Source: Rhodothermales bacterium (GTDB lineage: Bacteria > Bacteroidota > Rhodothermia > Rhodothermales > Bin80). From it: DNA of 64,000 bases. Shown here one piece after another: positions 40,660 to 49,074 of the stretch (positions are counted from its first letter, which is position 1; every line of letters starts with the position of its first letter). Position numbers and translations under genes: made by a program. The notes below the pieces were generated by a model. It had not been told where the DNA came from, did no database searches, and was given only the letters and a program-made list of their open reading frames with translations. Location: NCBI GenBank assembly GCA_965218495.1, contig OZ244626.1, forward strand, positions 1,353,280-1,417,279. Reading direction: 5' to 3'.

Positions 40660-41404
40660 TTGCCCATGATCAAGATCGGTTTTCAGGAGCCGACTACGCC
40701 GTGTTGGCGTAGTTGGCGCGTGGCCTGCGAGCGTGTCCTCGCCCGGCTGCTGCAAGCCCGCGCATCAGGTGATAAGTTGACGATCGGAAAGCTGTATAGG
40801 GATCCGCGGATAACGTCGATTTACAAGTCCACCGGTCCACCCTTCTTTGGTAAGTGCGCATACTGCGAGTCTAAGATTCTGCCTAATCAGCACGGGGATA
40901 TGGAGCATTGGAGGCCTAAGGGAAAGGTGACTGACGTGGATGACCAAACCGTCTATTTGAAGCGCGAGGGCGACGGATCCGAAGAGCATCCTGGGTATTA
41001 CTGGCTGGCATAGGCATACGAATGGACCAATTTGCTTCTGGCTTGTAGTGCCTGCAATGTTCTCGCAAAAGTGCGTGAGTCGGAAAAGAAGATCGGAAAG
41101 GGTAACCGTTTCCCTGTTGAAGGGTTCAGAGCGGAAAAGATGGGCGAGGAATCTTGCGAAAAGCCGCTACTACTTAATCCTCTTCATGATGACCCTTCGG
41201 ACCATTTGGAAGTTGACCTAGAAACAGGAATATTCTTGCACAAGACGAAGCGAGGCAAGGCGTGCATCGAAGTTTTTGGGCTCAACGCACGAGCAGGTCT
41301 CGTGCAGCAACGCTTGCATCACGTCAACTTGCTCCAAGATCAGGCGAAGTTATTCCAATTCTGTCCAGGAGATATCAGGCTTTGGAAACGCGTGGATGAA
41401 AATG
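40660..41404 (+). pseudogene. ptuB: PtuB-like HNH nuclease, with an in-frame TAG and an ISL3 insertion near the 3' end
   Basis: ...GKCAYCESKI....GDMEHWRPKG...HPGYYWLA* (TAG at 41014-41016) AYEWTNLLLACSACN...KGNRFPV.... The frame runs into the ISL3 left end at 41405. The original last codons (..ECCEGGLR*) resume at 42813-42846. Confidence 0.6.
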
Positions 41405-42812
41405 GGCTCTTCCCCATTTTAGATGGGTACAGCGTTTCATTCAACGGGAAACGATATGAGATGATGCGGATTCATACCCGTTTCTTATCTGTTTCAAGGC
41501 CATCATCACGATGGCGCACACGTTCTCTAACCCCAGCAACGATATGTCACAACTAAAGACTGATGATATAGGTTGCCTCTTGGGCATCCAGGCTCCCTGG
41601 AAGGTTTCCGAGGTGACGTTTGCGCATGAGGCGCAAGAAGTCCGGATTCATGTAGTTTGCGAGGACGGCCATCAGCTGCCTTGTCCGGAGTGCGGCTCGG
41701 CGTCTCCGGGCTACGATCACCGTCGCCGGCAATGGCGACACCTGGACCTGTGCGAGTATCGCACCATGGTGGTTGCGGAGCTTCCCCGCGTGGAATGTCC
41801 GGAGCATGGAGTGCGCAACGTGTCGGTTCCGTGGGCGGAACCTATGTCACGGTTCACTGCAGGGTTTGAGACGCTGGTGATTGATTGGCTGCAGGAGGCG
41901 AGTGTATCGGCGGTGTCCCGTCTGATGGGGGTGAGCTGGAATGCGATAGACGGGATCATGCAGCGCGCGGTGCAACGCGGCCTTGCGCGGAGGAAGGAAC
42001 GGGATGTTGCCCATATTGGCGTGGATGAGACCTCTTTTCGCAAGCGCCACGCGTATGTCACCATTGTTTCGGATGCGAAGGCGGGTACGGTGCTGCATGT
42101 GGGCGAAGACCGTAAGAAAGAAACACTTACGCGTTGGTATGCTGGGCTCACTTTGGAGCAGCTGGAGGGCATCGAGAGTGTCAGCATGGACATGTGGCCG
42201 GCCTACATCAACGCCACGCTGGAGCATGTGCCAGAGGCGCAACGGAAGGTGGCCTTTGACAAATTCCACGTAGTGAAATGTCTGGGAGCTGCCGTGGACA
42301 AGGTTCGGCGCCAAGAGCACCGGGCGTTGATGAAGGAAGGCCTGGAAGACCTCAAGGGAACCAAGTATGATTGGTTGACTCACCCGGCCAACATGTCTGC
42401 TAAGCAGAAGGCGCGCTTCCAGCAGTTGCGTACCAGCACGTTGAAGACGGCCCGCGCGTGGGCTATCAAGGAAATGGCCCTGCAGTTGTGGCATTATGTC
42501 CACCGCACATGGGCGCGCAAGGGTTGGGAGCGATGGTTGTCGTGGGCCATGCGGTGCCGGCTGGAACCGGTCAAGGCAGCCGCCAGAACCATCAAGACAC
42601 ACCTGTGGGGTATCCTCAACGCAATCATCCTGAAGGTGAGCAATGGCCCTGCGGAAGGCATCAACAGCCGGATCAAAACAATCAAAGTGCGCAGTAGGGG
42701 CTTCCGCAACAAACGGCGGTTTGCCAACGCCATTTACTTTCACCTCGGAGGCCTGGATCTATACCCCGCAGCGTCCGCAGGTGAGTTTACCCACTAAAAA
42801 AGGGGTAGAGCC
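41405..42812 (+). mobile_element. ISL3-family insertion sequence, copy 2
   Basis: Same ends as copy 1 (GGCTCTTCCCC... and ...GGGGTAGAGCC). The flanks TGAAAATG / AAAAAATG form an imperfect 8-bp duplication. Confidence 0.8.
41511..42797 (+). CDS. ISL3-family transposase
   Basis: 428 aa, nearly identical to 26712-27983 except for a few substitutions and a different C-terminal tail caused by an indel. Confidence 0.9.
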   Translation: MAHTFSNPSNDMSQLKTDDIGCLLGIQAPWKVSEVTFAHEAQEVRIHVVCEDGHQLPCPECGSASPGYDHRRRQWRHLDLCEYRTMVVAELPRVECPEHGVRNVSVPWAEPMSRFTAGFETLVIDWLQEASVSAVSRLMGVSWNAIDGIMQRAVQRGLARRKERDVAHIGVDETSFRKRHAYVTIVSDAKAGTVLHVGEDRKKETLTRWYAGLTLEQLEGIESVSMDMWPAYINATLEHVPEAQRKVAFDKFHVVKCLGAAVDKVRRQEHRALMKEGLEDLKGTKYDWLTHPANMSAKQKARFQQLRTSTLKTARAWAIKEMALQLWHYVHRTWARKGWERWLSWAMRCRLEPVKAAARTIKTHLWGILNAIILKVSNGPAEGINSRIKTIKVRSRGFRNKRRFANAIYFHLGGLDLYPAASAGEFTH

Positions 42813-42967
42813 AAAAAATGAATGCTGTGAGGGAGGGCTCCGATGAGTTTTCCGCCTTTGGTCGGGCCGCCTTGCAGAATGCAGGAAATGGTCTTCCCTA
42901 GTTTGCTCGCAGTATCGGCCGTGATTGTGGTCTGGTTGGAAGCAGCGAGCGCCGCGCCGCTGCCAAA

Positions 42968-43441
42968 TTGCCATCAACAACCACTAGAGTCAAAATGGAT
43001 CACGAGTCAATTCGTCGCTCCATGAGTGTGCGCGCTGCGTCGTTGACCACGAATCAGGAAACTGGAGCAGACGCACCATATGGTTTCGAGTTGATACTGG
43101 ACCTGCATGGGTGTGATGCCTCAAGGTTCACGCGCAACGACATTGAGGCTTTTTGCTCGAGGCTTTGCGACCTGATTGGCATGGACCAGTGTGACCTGCA
43201 TTTCTGGGACGATGAGGGAGTGCCGGAAGAGGAGCAACAGACTGATCCGAGAACGAAGGGCACGAGTGCAGTGCAGTTCATCCTGACCAGTACGATCGTC
43301 ATCCATACGCTTGATCTGATGCGAATCGTTTACGTGAACCTGTTCTCTTGTAAGCCGTTTGATGCAAAAGAAGCTGCGAACTTCGCGGCAGACTGGTTTC
43401 GGTCATCAGACTGGACTTCTCGGCTAGTTGAGAGGATGTAG
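42968..43441 (+). CDS. S-adenosylmethionine-decarboxylase-like (pyruvoyl enzyme family) protein
   Basis: ...YGFELILDLHGCDASRF...KGTSAVQFILTSTIVIHTLD...VNLFSCKPFD... parallels the SpeH/AdoMetDC pattern G.H...D..gC....GvS.v.ll.ESHisiHTwPE...D.FsC, with TS in place of the usual ES cleavage pair. The start may be the internal MDHESI.. at 42995. Confidence 0.55.
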   Translation: MPSTTTRVKMDHESIRRSMSVRAASLTTNQETGADAPYGFELILDLHGCDASRFTRNDIEAFCSRLCDLIGMDQCDLHFWDDEGVPEEEQQTDPRTKGTSAVQFILTSTIVIHTLDLMRIVYVNLFSCKPFDAKEAANFAADWFRSSDWTSRLVERM

Positions 43442-43641
43442 TCGTAAGTACCGCGGCGGGCGCAAGCGCATGGCGATCATACTCACCTAGCAGTACGCTG
43501 AAATTGACTCCGCTCCCGGAAACGAGGGGCTAATTGAGCACTGCAGGCACTCGGTCGAGGCGGCACTAGCCTTGGATACGCACCCGGTTAGGTTCGCAAT
43601 CGCATCCAGTAGCGCGACTGGATTCCAAGTGTGAAATCGGG

Positions 43642-44853
43642 GTGATGCGAGGGCTGCGGAATTCGACGTGGCCGACACCTCCCTCTATTTTCAGATTTCG
43701 GAAGCGCAAGTTCGAGCGCACGCGGCAATTTAATGTCGTACTGCTTGTGCCGACCGGTATCGGCGCGGAATTGGGTGGACACGCTGGTGACGCGGAACCT
43801 GTAGCTTCGCTGCTGGGAGCAGTCGCGGATAAAATCGTGCTGCACCCCAATGTTGTTAACGCCTCGGACATCAATGAGATGCCCCGTAACGCCTTGTACG
43901 TAGAGGGCAGCATCATGACGCGGCTCTTGATGGGGACAGCTGGCCTTCAGCCAGTCAGAGCAAACAAAGTACTTGTAGTGCTTGATGCACATCGCGACGA
44001 CAGTTTCATCCACGCCGCGATTAACGCAGTCAATGCTGCCCGCTCAAGTTATGGCCTTTCGTGCCCCGAAATCGTCTGCCTTCAGAAACCATTGGTGATG
44101 TCGGCGAGCTCGGCACCCTCTGGCAGGGCCGCCGAGCGCATTGAAGGAATGGACGGTTTGTTTCAACTTCTGCTCGACCGAATAGGGCTGTTCGATGCCG
44201 TTGCCATTTCAACAATCATTGGTGTGCCTTTCGAATTCCACCAAACATACTTCGATTCGGCGGGCAGTATGGTCAACCCGTGGGGCGGCGTTGAAGCAAT
44301 GCTGACGCATACATTGTCCAGTGCGTTCAAAGTCCCAACTGCCCATTCTCCGATGCTGGAGTCCAAGGCGGTCGCTGAAATTGATCCTGGCATCGTTGAC
44401 CCTCGAATGGCAGCGGAGGCATATTCATCGACATTTCTGCAGTGCATCTTGAAAGGACTACGTGTTAGCCCTCGAATAGTGACCGGTTCGGAAGGAGTAA
44501 ACCAGCATGGAGTCTTGGCTGCGGAGGACATCTCGTGTCTAGTGATTCCAGAAGGGTGCCTTGGTCTACCAACTCTGGCTGCCCTTGAGCAGGAAATTCC
44601 GGTGATCGCCGTTGCCGAAAACTGGAACCTCATGAGGAATAACTTATCGCTCTTGCCCTGGAAAACTGGGCAGTTCTACCAGGTAGACAATTACCTGGAG
44701 GCAGCAGGCGTTCTGGCTGCCCTTCGCCAAGGAATTGATGTGGGTTCTGTTCGAGGGCCCCTTAACAGCGTACGTATTACAAGGGCTCGGGCGCGGAACA
44801 CTCCACACAGATACGTGCAAGCTGAGTCCATGGCAGCACGCAAATTCTCGTAG
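43642..44853 (+). CDS. DUF3326-family protein
   Basis: ...VLLVPTGIGAELGGHAGDAEPVASLLGAVADKIVLHPNVVNASDINEMPRNALYVEGS... matches my recollection of the conserved DUF3326 N-terminal block. 403 aa. Confidence 0.55.
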   Translation: MMRGLRNSTWPTPPSIFRFRKRKFERTRQFNVVLLVPTGIGAELGGHAGDAEPVASLLGAVADKIVLHPNVVNASDINEMPRNALYVEGSIMTRLLMGTAGLQPVRANKVLVVLDAHRDDSFIHAAINAVNAARSSYGLSCPEIVCLQKPLVMSASSAPSGRAAERIEGMDGLFQLLLDRIGLFDAVAISTIIGVPFEFHQTYFDSAGSMVNPWGGVEAMLTHTLSSAFKVPTAHSPMLESKAVAEIDPGIVDPRMAAEAYSSTFLQCILKGLRVSPRIVTGSEGVNQHGVLAAEDISCLVIPEGCLGLPTLAALEQEIPVIAVAENWNLMRNNLSLLPWKTGQFYQVDNYLEAAGVLAALRQGIDVGSVRGPLNSVRITRARARNTPHRYVQAESMAARKFS

Positions 44854-45299
44854 CCGCTCCAACCTGCCGATTCATCCAGATCACACGAGTGCGTGAGCCA
44901 TGAGCACCGCACGGGGTTGAATCACGATGTAATAGCCGGATTTAAAAAGAGTAGCGCTGCACATAGGGTGTACTTTCACACTTGTCTGTACTTCATAGTT
45001 TTCGCGTCGGCCAGGGGGCCGAGGAAATGCCTGTGTTTTCGCGGAAATTGCAGCTCCTCGTTTGAACAGAAAATGCAAGGCAACGCGTCCCCCTTCCCGC
45101 AAGAATGTGCATTTTCACAGGACGCCCTACCCTCATACCGTGCACTGTGTGCTGCTGGGACGGGCCCTCAGCGCGTCTGTCGTACCAAGTATCCGTTGCG
45201 CGGATTTGCATGACGCCAGATAGGGCTGCTTCAGCCATTCTCATTTTGGAGACTCTCTTCTCCCGTGCGTACGAAGGGGTCTATGGAGTAGGGTAAACT

Positions 45300-45440
45300 C
45301 CAGACGCCTGCGCCTCACAGGCAAATTAGCCCTTGGCCCTCTCCGGCCCCTTCTATTGTATCTACTGCCAACCAAGTTGCGGGACAGCTCAAAAGGGATT
45401 CTCTCCGGGAGAGGCTCGTCCTCCTAAGGGTCCGGGTGCA
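45300..45440 (-). pseudogene. Degenerate IS1634-like N-terminal fragment (inverted relative to the 23861 copy)
   Basis: The reverse complement reads ...AGATACAATAGAAGGGGCCGGAGAGGGCCAAGGGCTAATTTGCCTGTGAGGCGCAGGCGTCTGGAG..., which is alignable to 24070-24138. Confidence 0.45.
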
Positions 45441-45505
45441 GGTAACTCTGCCAACTGCATACGGGAGCCTGTGTACTTTACCTGACCTCCCGCCTAGCCT
45501 AATAT

Positions 45506-45890
45506 CTGAGCGAGGAGCACTACCATGCGCGCTACGTGTACGAAGACCTGTACTATGCGTGCGGCGACATGGAGAATCGCACCAAAGAGCAGCAGCTCAC
45601 GCTGTTTGCGGATCGGACCTCCACGTCGAAGATGCTCAGCAACCAGCTGCGTCAGTACTTCTCTACGTTCGCCAATGCGTTGACGACGATCGTCAAAGAG
45701 CTTGGGCTCCGGGGCACCCAGATGGCCACGGCGCAGTGCGAAGCCATCAGCATGAGGCTGGTGAAGGTTGCCGCGGCCATGGTCGTAAGCACACGCCGAT
45801 ACCGCTTATCGGTTTCCTCGGCCTATCCGTGGCCGTCCTTATTCGCTCGCGTACTTGCCAACGTGCGCGCATTTGAGCGCGCGCCCATTG
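45506..45890 (+). pseudogene. C-terminal fragment of a second IS1380-family transposase
   Basis: SEEHYHARYVYEDLYYACGDMENRTKEQQLTLFADRTSTSKMLSNQLRQYFSTFANAL...YPWPSLFARVLANV parallels residues ~355-470 of the 28486-29937 protein. Confidence 0.65.
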
Positions 45891-46371
45891 TGTCTGCCCT
45901 TGGGCGACCCCCTCCCGCGCAGGGCTTCTTCACTCGCCTGATTAGAGGCCAAAGGCGCCGCTGTACCCCATATCACGAGAGACACCACCACGTGGTGATT
46001 GGATACGTACGATCTCGCGGCACTGGTAGACGGGGAAATCGAGCTGCACGCGTCGCAAAGCGCCTCCAGAACGGAGCTCACCACCGCCGATGCCGCACCC
46101 AACGGGACCAGAGGCGAAACCTTGGCCATCCAATCACCAGTCCGATGCCCCCCTGCTACCGAAATCAGCGGATTCACACCCGTGGTGAAATATGCAGGCT
46201 TATCCGTGCAGCAACTTGCCGCGTACGGCTTCAGCAAAATTCTTGCTGACCACCTCGGTTTTTGTCACGGACCGGTGTTCGGGTTCAGGAATCTGTCCAA
46301 GCCCTGCACGGTGCCGCCCGCAGAGGCGGCTCTGTTACCGGCATCCCGCTGGGCTTTGGCGCCCAGCGCAT

Positions 46372-47721
46372 CTACTGAAGAAACCGGAAGATGCGGTCCA
46401 GGTCATTAAAGACAAGAAAGGCCATCAGCGCCAATAGCAGCACCATCCCGGCTTGCTGCATGGCCGTGCGAACCCTCAAGGGCGGCTCGCGCCGACGTAT
46501 GCCTTCGTAGATCAAGAACACCAAGTGACCTCCATCAAGCGCAGGTACCGGCAGAATGTTGACGATTGCCAGCGTGATGGAAAGTAGCGCCACCAGCCGC
46601 CAGAATGACTCCGCGCCAGCCTGTGCCGCTTCCCCGGCAATCTTCGCCACCATGACGGGACCGCCGAGGCTTTCTCGAACACTTTCGCGGCCCGTGATGA
46701 CATTCTTCAGGCTTATAACTATCGCACCCGTAAAATTCCAAGTATCGGCTATGCCCGCCGCCACGGCTTCGCCCGGGTTGTAACGCTCATGCGTCTGCGC
46801 GATCTGCACACCAATGCGGTACGTGCCATCATCCGAGGATTCGGGCGTCACTTTACGTGTGAATGTTTCTCCTGTCGCCGGCCGGTACCAAGACATGAGC
46901 AGCGTTTCGCCGTCCGCTGCCTGGACGCGGCTGGTAAGATCCAGCCATAGCTCGATCGAGTCCCCGTCGACGGATGCTATGCGGTCTCCCGGCCTTAGGC
47001 CCGCCTCGTGTGCCGGGCTGGATTGCTGGACCTGTCCAAGAATGGTAGGCCAGTTGTAGATCCCGAGCCCAAATACGCCGCCATCATTCGCCGCTGCTGA
47101 CTTCGGCAGGATGTTTTTGGGCGCGGAAAGGACGATCTCTCGGCCATCTCTTTGCACCAGAAATGCTAGAAGCGGCTCACTAAGATCCGGCAAGCCATGT
47201 GTTCGCTGGATGGACGAGAAAGGCTTTCCGTCAATGGACACAATGCGATCCCCCGTTCGCAGCCCAACCTCCAGTGCCGCAATGGTGCTGTCCGGGACGT
47301 AAACCAAGCCATCTTCGGTGGTCACCGGCATGGATTCACCAACCGTCAACTTGATCCCCGCGAAGATGACCGCAGCAAGGATAAGGTTGAATGTCACACC
47401 GGCGCTAATGACGATCACCCGCTGCCATACTGGCTTGGACCGGAATTCCCAAGGCTGTGGCTCCGTGTTTTCGAATTCCGTGTCCAAGCTTTCGTCAACC
47501 ATGCCCGCGATCTTGACGTAGCCGCCCAGGGGCGTAGCTCCGATGGCCCATTCCGTTTCGCCAATCTTTTTCTTGAAAAATGTAGGCGGAAACCCAATCG
47601 AGAATCGATCAATACGCATCCCGAAAAAACGCGCAGCAAGGAAATGTCCCATCTCGTGCACAAACACGAGGATGGTGATCGCAATGATGACCCAAAGTAC
47701 TGACGAGGCTATATCACCCAA
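46372..47721 (-). CDS. rseP: RIP metalloprotease RseP (site-2 protease)
   Basis: ...ILVFVHEMGHFLAARFFGM... (HExxH), PDZ-like middle region, and ...NILPVPALDGGHL.... Confidence 0.9.
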   Translation of the reverse strand: MGDIASSVLWVIIAITILVFVHEMGHFLAARFFGMRIDRFSIGFPPTFFKKKIGETEWAIGATPLGGYVKIAGMVDESLDTEFENTEPQPWEFRSKPVWQRVIVISAGVTFNLILAAVIFAGIKLTVGESMPVTTEDGLVYVPDSTIAALEVGLRTGDRIVSIDGKPFSSIQRTHGLPDLSEPLLAFLVQRDGREIVLSAPKNILPKSAAANDGGVFGLGIYNWPTILGQVQQSSPAHEAGLRPGDRIASVDGDSIELWLDLTSRVQAADGETLLMSWYRPATGETFTRKVTPESSDDGTYRIGVQIAQTHERYNPGEAVAAGIADTWNFTGAIVISLKNVITGRESVRESLGGPVMVAKIAGEAAQAGAESFWRLVALLSITLAIVNILPVPALDGGHLVFLIYEGIRRREPPLRVRTAMQQAGMVLLLALMAFLVFNDLDRIFRFLQ

Positions 47722-47789
47722 GATTCTCTCCGAGTTCTTGAATTTCGTAGCCCGGTGTAATTAAAAGGCTAGTCCGATGTTCCGTCTGC

Positions 47790-48959
47790 TCATCCTGCTG
47801 TCGCGCGGAACCTTTCGCGCAGCAATCGCCGTGTCGCGGCGTCTATCCCTACTACCTCTTCATAGGAACTGGCCTGACCACTGCCCAGCTTCTCCAGCGC
47901 AAACGCTACCATGCGGGAAATCCCGGTGAAGGACACCTCTTCCCGCAAAAAGAGGTCCACAGCTTCTTCGTTGGCGGCATTTAGCACCACCGGCGCGGCC
48001 CCGCCCTGCCGCAGCGCCTCGTAGGCCAGCCTCAGACACGGGAACTGCTCCAGATTCGGTGGCAAGAATTCCAGGCACTGCCGCATGTCCCAATTCACGC
48101 GCCCATCGGGCGCCTTCCAGCGATCTGGATAGCTGAAAGCATACTGGATCGGAATGCGCATGTCGGGCTTGCTGAGTTGCGCCTTGGCGGACCCATCCTC
48201 AAAGATCACCATCGAGTGAATGATTGACTGCGGATGAATCACTACCTGCACCCTGTCAGGCGGCAGGTCGAACAACCAGCGAGCCTCAATAACCTCCAGT
48301 CCCTTATTCATCATAGTGGCTGAATCAATGGTAACCTTGGGCCCCATGGACCAGTTAGGATGCCTAAGAGCTTCTGCTGGTGTAATGGAGCTGTAAGTCG
48401 CCACGTCACGCCGCAGGAAGGGGCCCCCGGACGCCGTCAGCACGATGGACTCCAGGGGTACGCCCGATTCCAGGCACTGAAATACAGCTGAGTGCTCGCT
48501 ATCCACCGGCAGGATCGTTGCGCCATGACGCTCGGCCGTCGCCATAGCCAGGGACCCTGCAGCCACCAGCGTTTCCTTGTTGGCCAATGCGAGCGTCTTG
48601 CCCGCCGTCAGCGCCGCAAGGACAGGGCGCAGGCCCGCGATACCGCTGGCGGCCCCAAGCACCAGGTCCACTTCGGGGGACGCCGCCACATCACAGAGTC
48701 CAGCCATACCTGCAAGGACCCTGACGCCGCTGCCTGCCAGCTTTTGCTCTAACGCAGGCACCCGGGTCGCATCGGCAAGGGCGACGAAACGCGGCCGAAA
48801 GTGCCACGCCTGTGCGGCAACACGATCGACACTCCGGTTGGCTGCCAGCGCGAATACGCGCAGCCGGCCCGGAAAGCGGTCTGCAATTTCAAGTGCCTGC
48901 ATGCCAATCGATCCGGTGGAACCAAGGATCGCCAGCGTACGCGCAGGTGCTTCGGTCAT
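47790..48959 (-). CDS. dxr: 1-deoxy-D-xylulose 5-phosphate reductoisomerase
   Basis: ...LAILGSTGSIGMQALEI..., ...LPVDSEHSAVFQCL... and ...HPNWSMGPKVTIDSATMMNKGLEVIEA.... Confidence 0.9.
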   Translation of the reverse strand: MTEAPARTLAILGSTGSIGMQALEIADRFPGRLRVFALAANRSVDRVAAQAWHFRPRFVALADATRVPALEQKLAGSGVRVLAGMAGLCDVAASPEVDLVLGAASGIAGLRPVLAALTAGKTLALANKETLVAAGSLAMATAERHGATILPVDSEHSAVFQCLESGVPLESIVLTASGGPFLRRDVATYSSITPAEALRHPNWSMGPKVTIDSATMMNKGLEVIEARWLFDLPPDRVQVVIHPQSIIHSMVIFEDGSAKAQLSKPDMRIPIQYAFSYPDRWKAPDGRVNWDMRQCLEFLPPNLEQFPCLRLAYEALRQGGAAPVVLNAANEEAVDLFLREEVSFTGISRMVAFALEKLGSGQASSYEEVVGIDAATRRLLRERFRATAG

Positions 48960-49074
48960 GTGGCGTGCTTTGATGGCGGTTTCCTAAAGATAACCCGTCT
49001 ACACGCGCGTACGCGCCCACTTTGTGGGAATAAGACCGGCACCGGCCGCACGATTATTCTGCGTCCAGCGAAAC

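Noticed and set aside
41032-41556. A 174-aa ORF as an independent gene downstream of the HNH fragment.
   Set aside because: It is the continuation of the PtuB-like HNH gene after the in-frame TAG, and it then reads into the ISL3 left end. It is not a separate gene.
44860-45299. A possible second IS110-type insertion next to the inverted IS1634-like fragment (shared CTCCATAGACC 11-mer with the IS110 left end).
   Set aside because: No IS110 transposase coding signal follows. The sequence aligns better, though weakly, with the IS1634 region that lies just beyond the IS110 insertion point in the other copy. It is therefore interpreted as an unoccupied, degenerate paralogous site.
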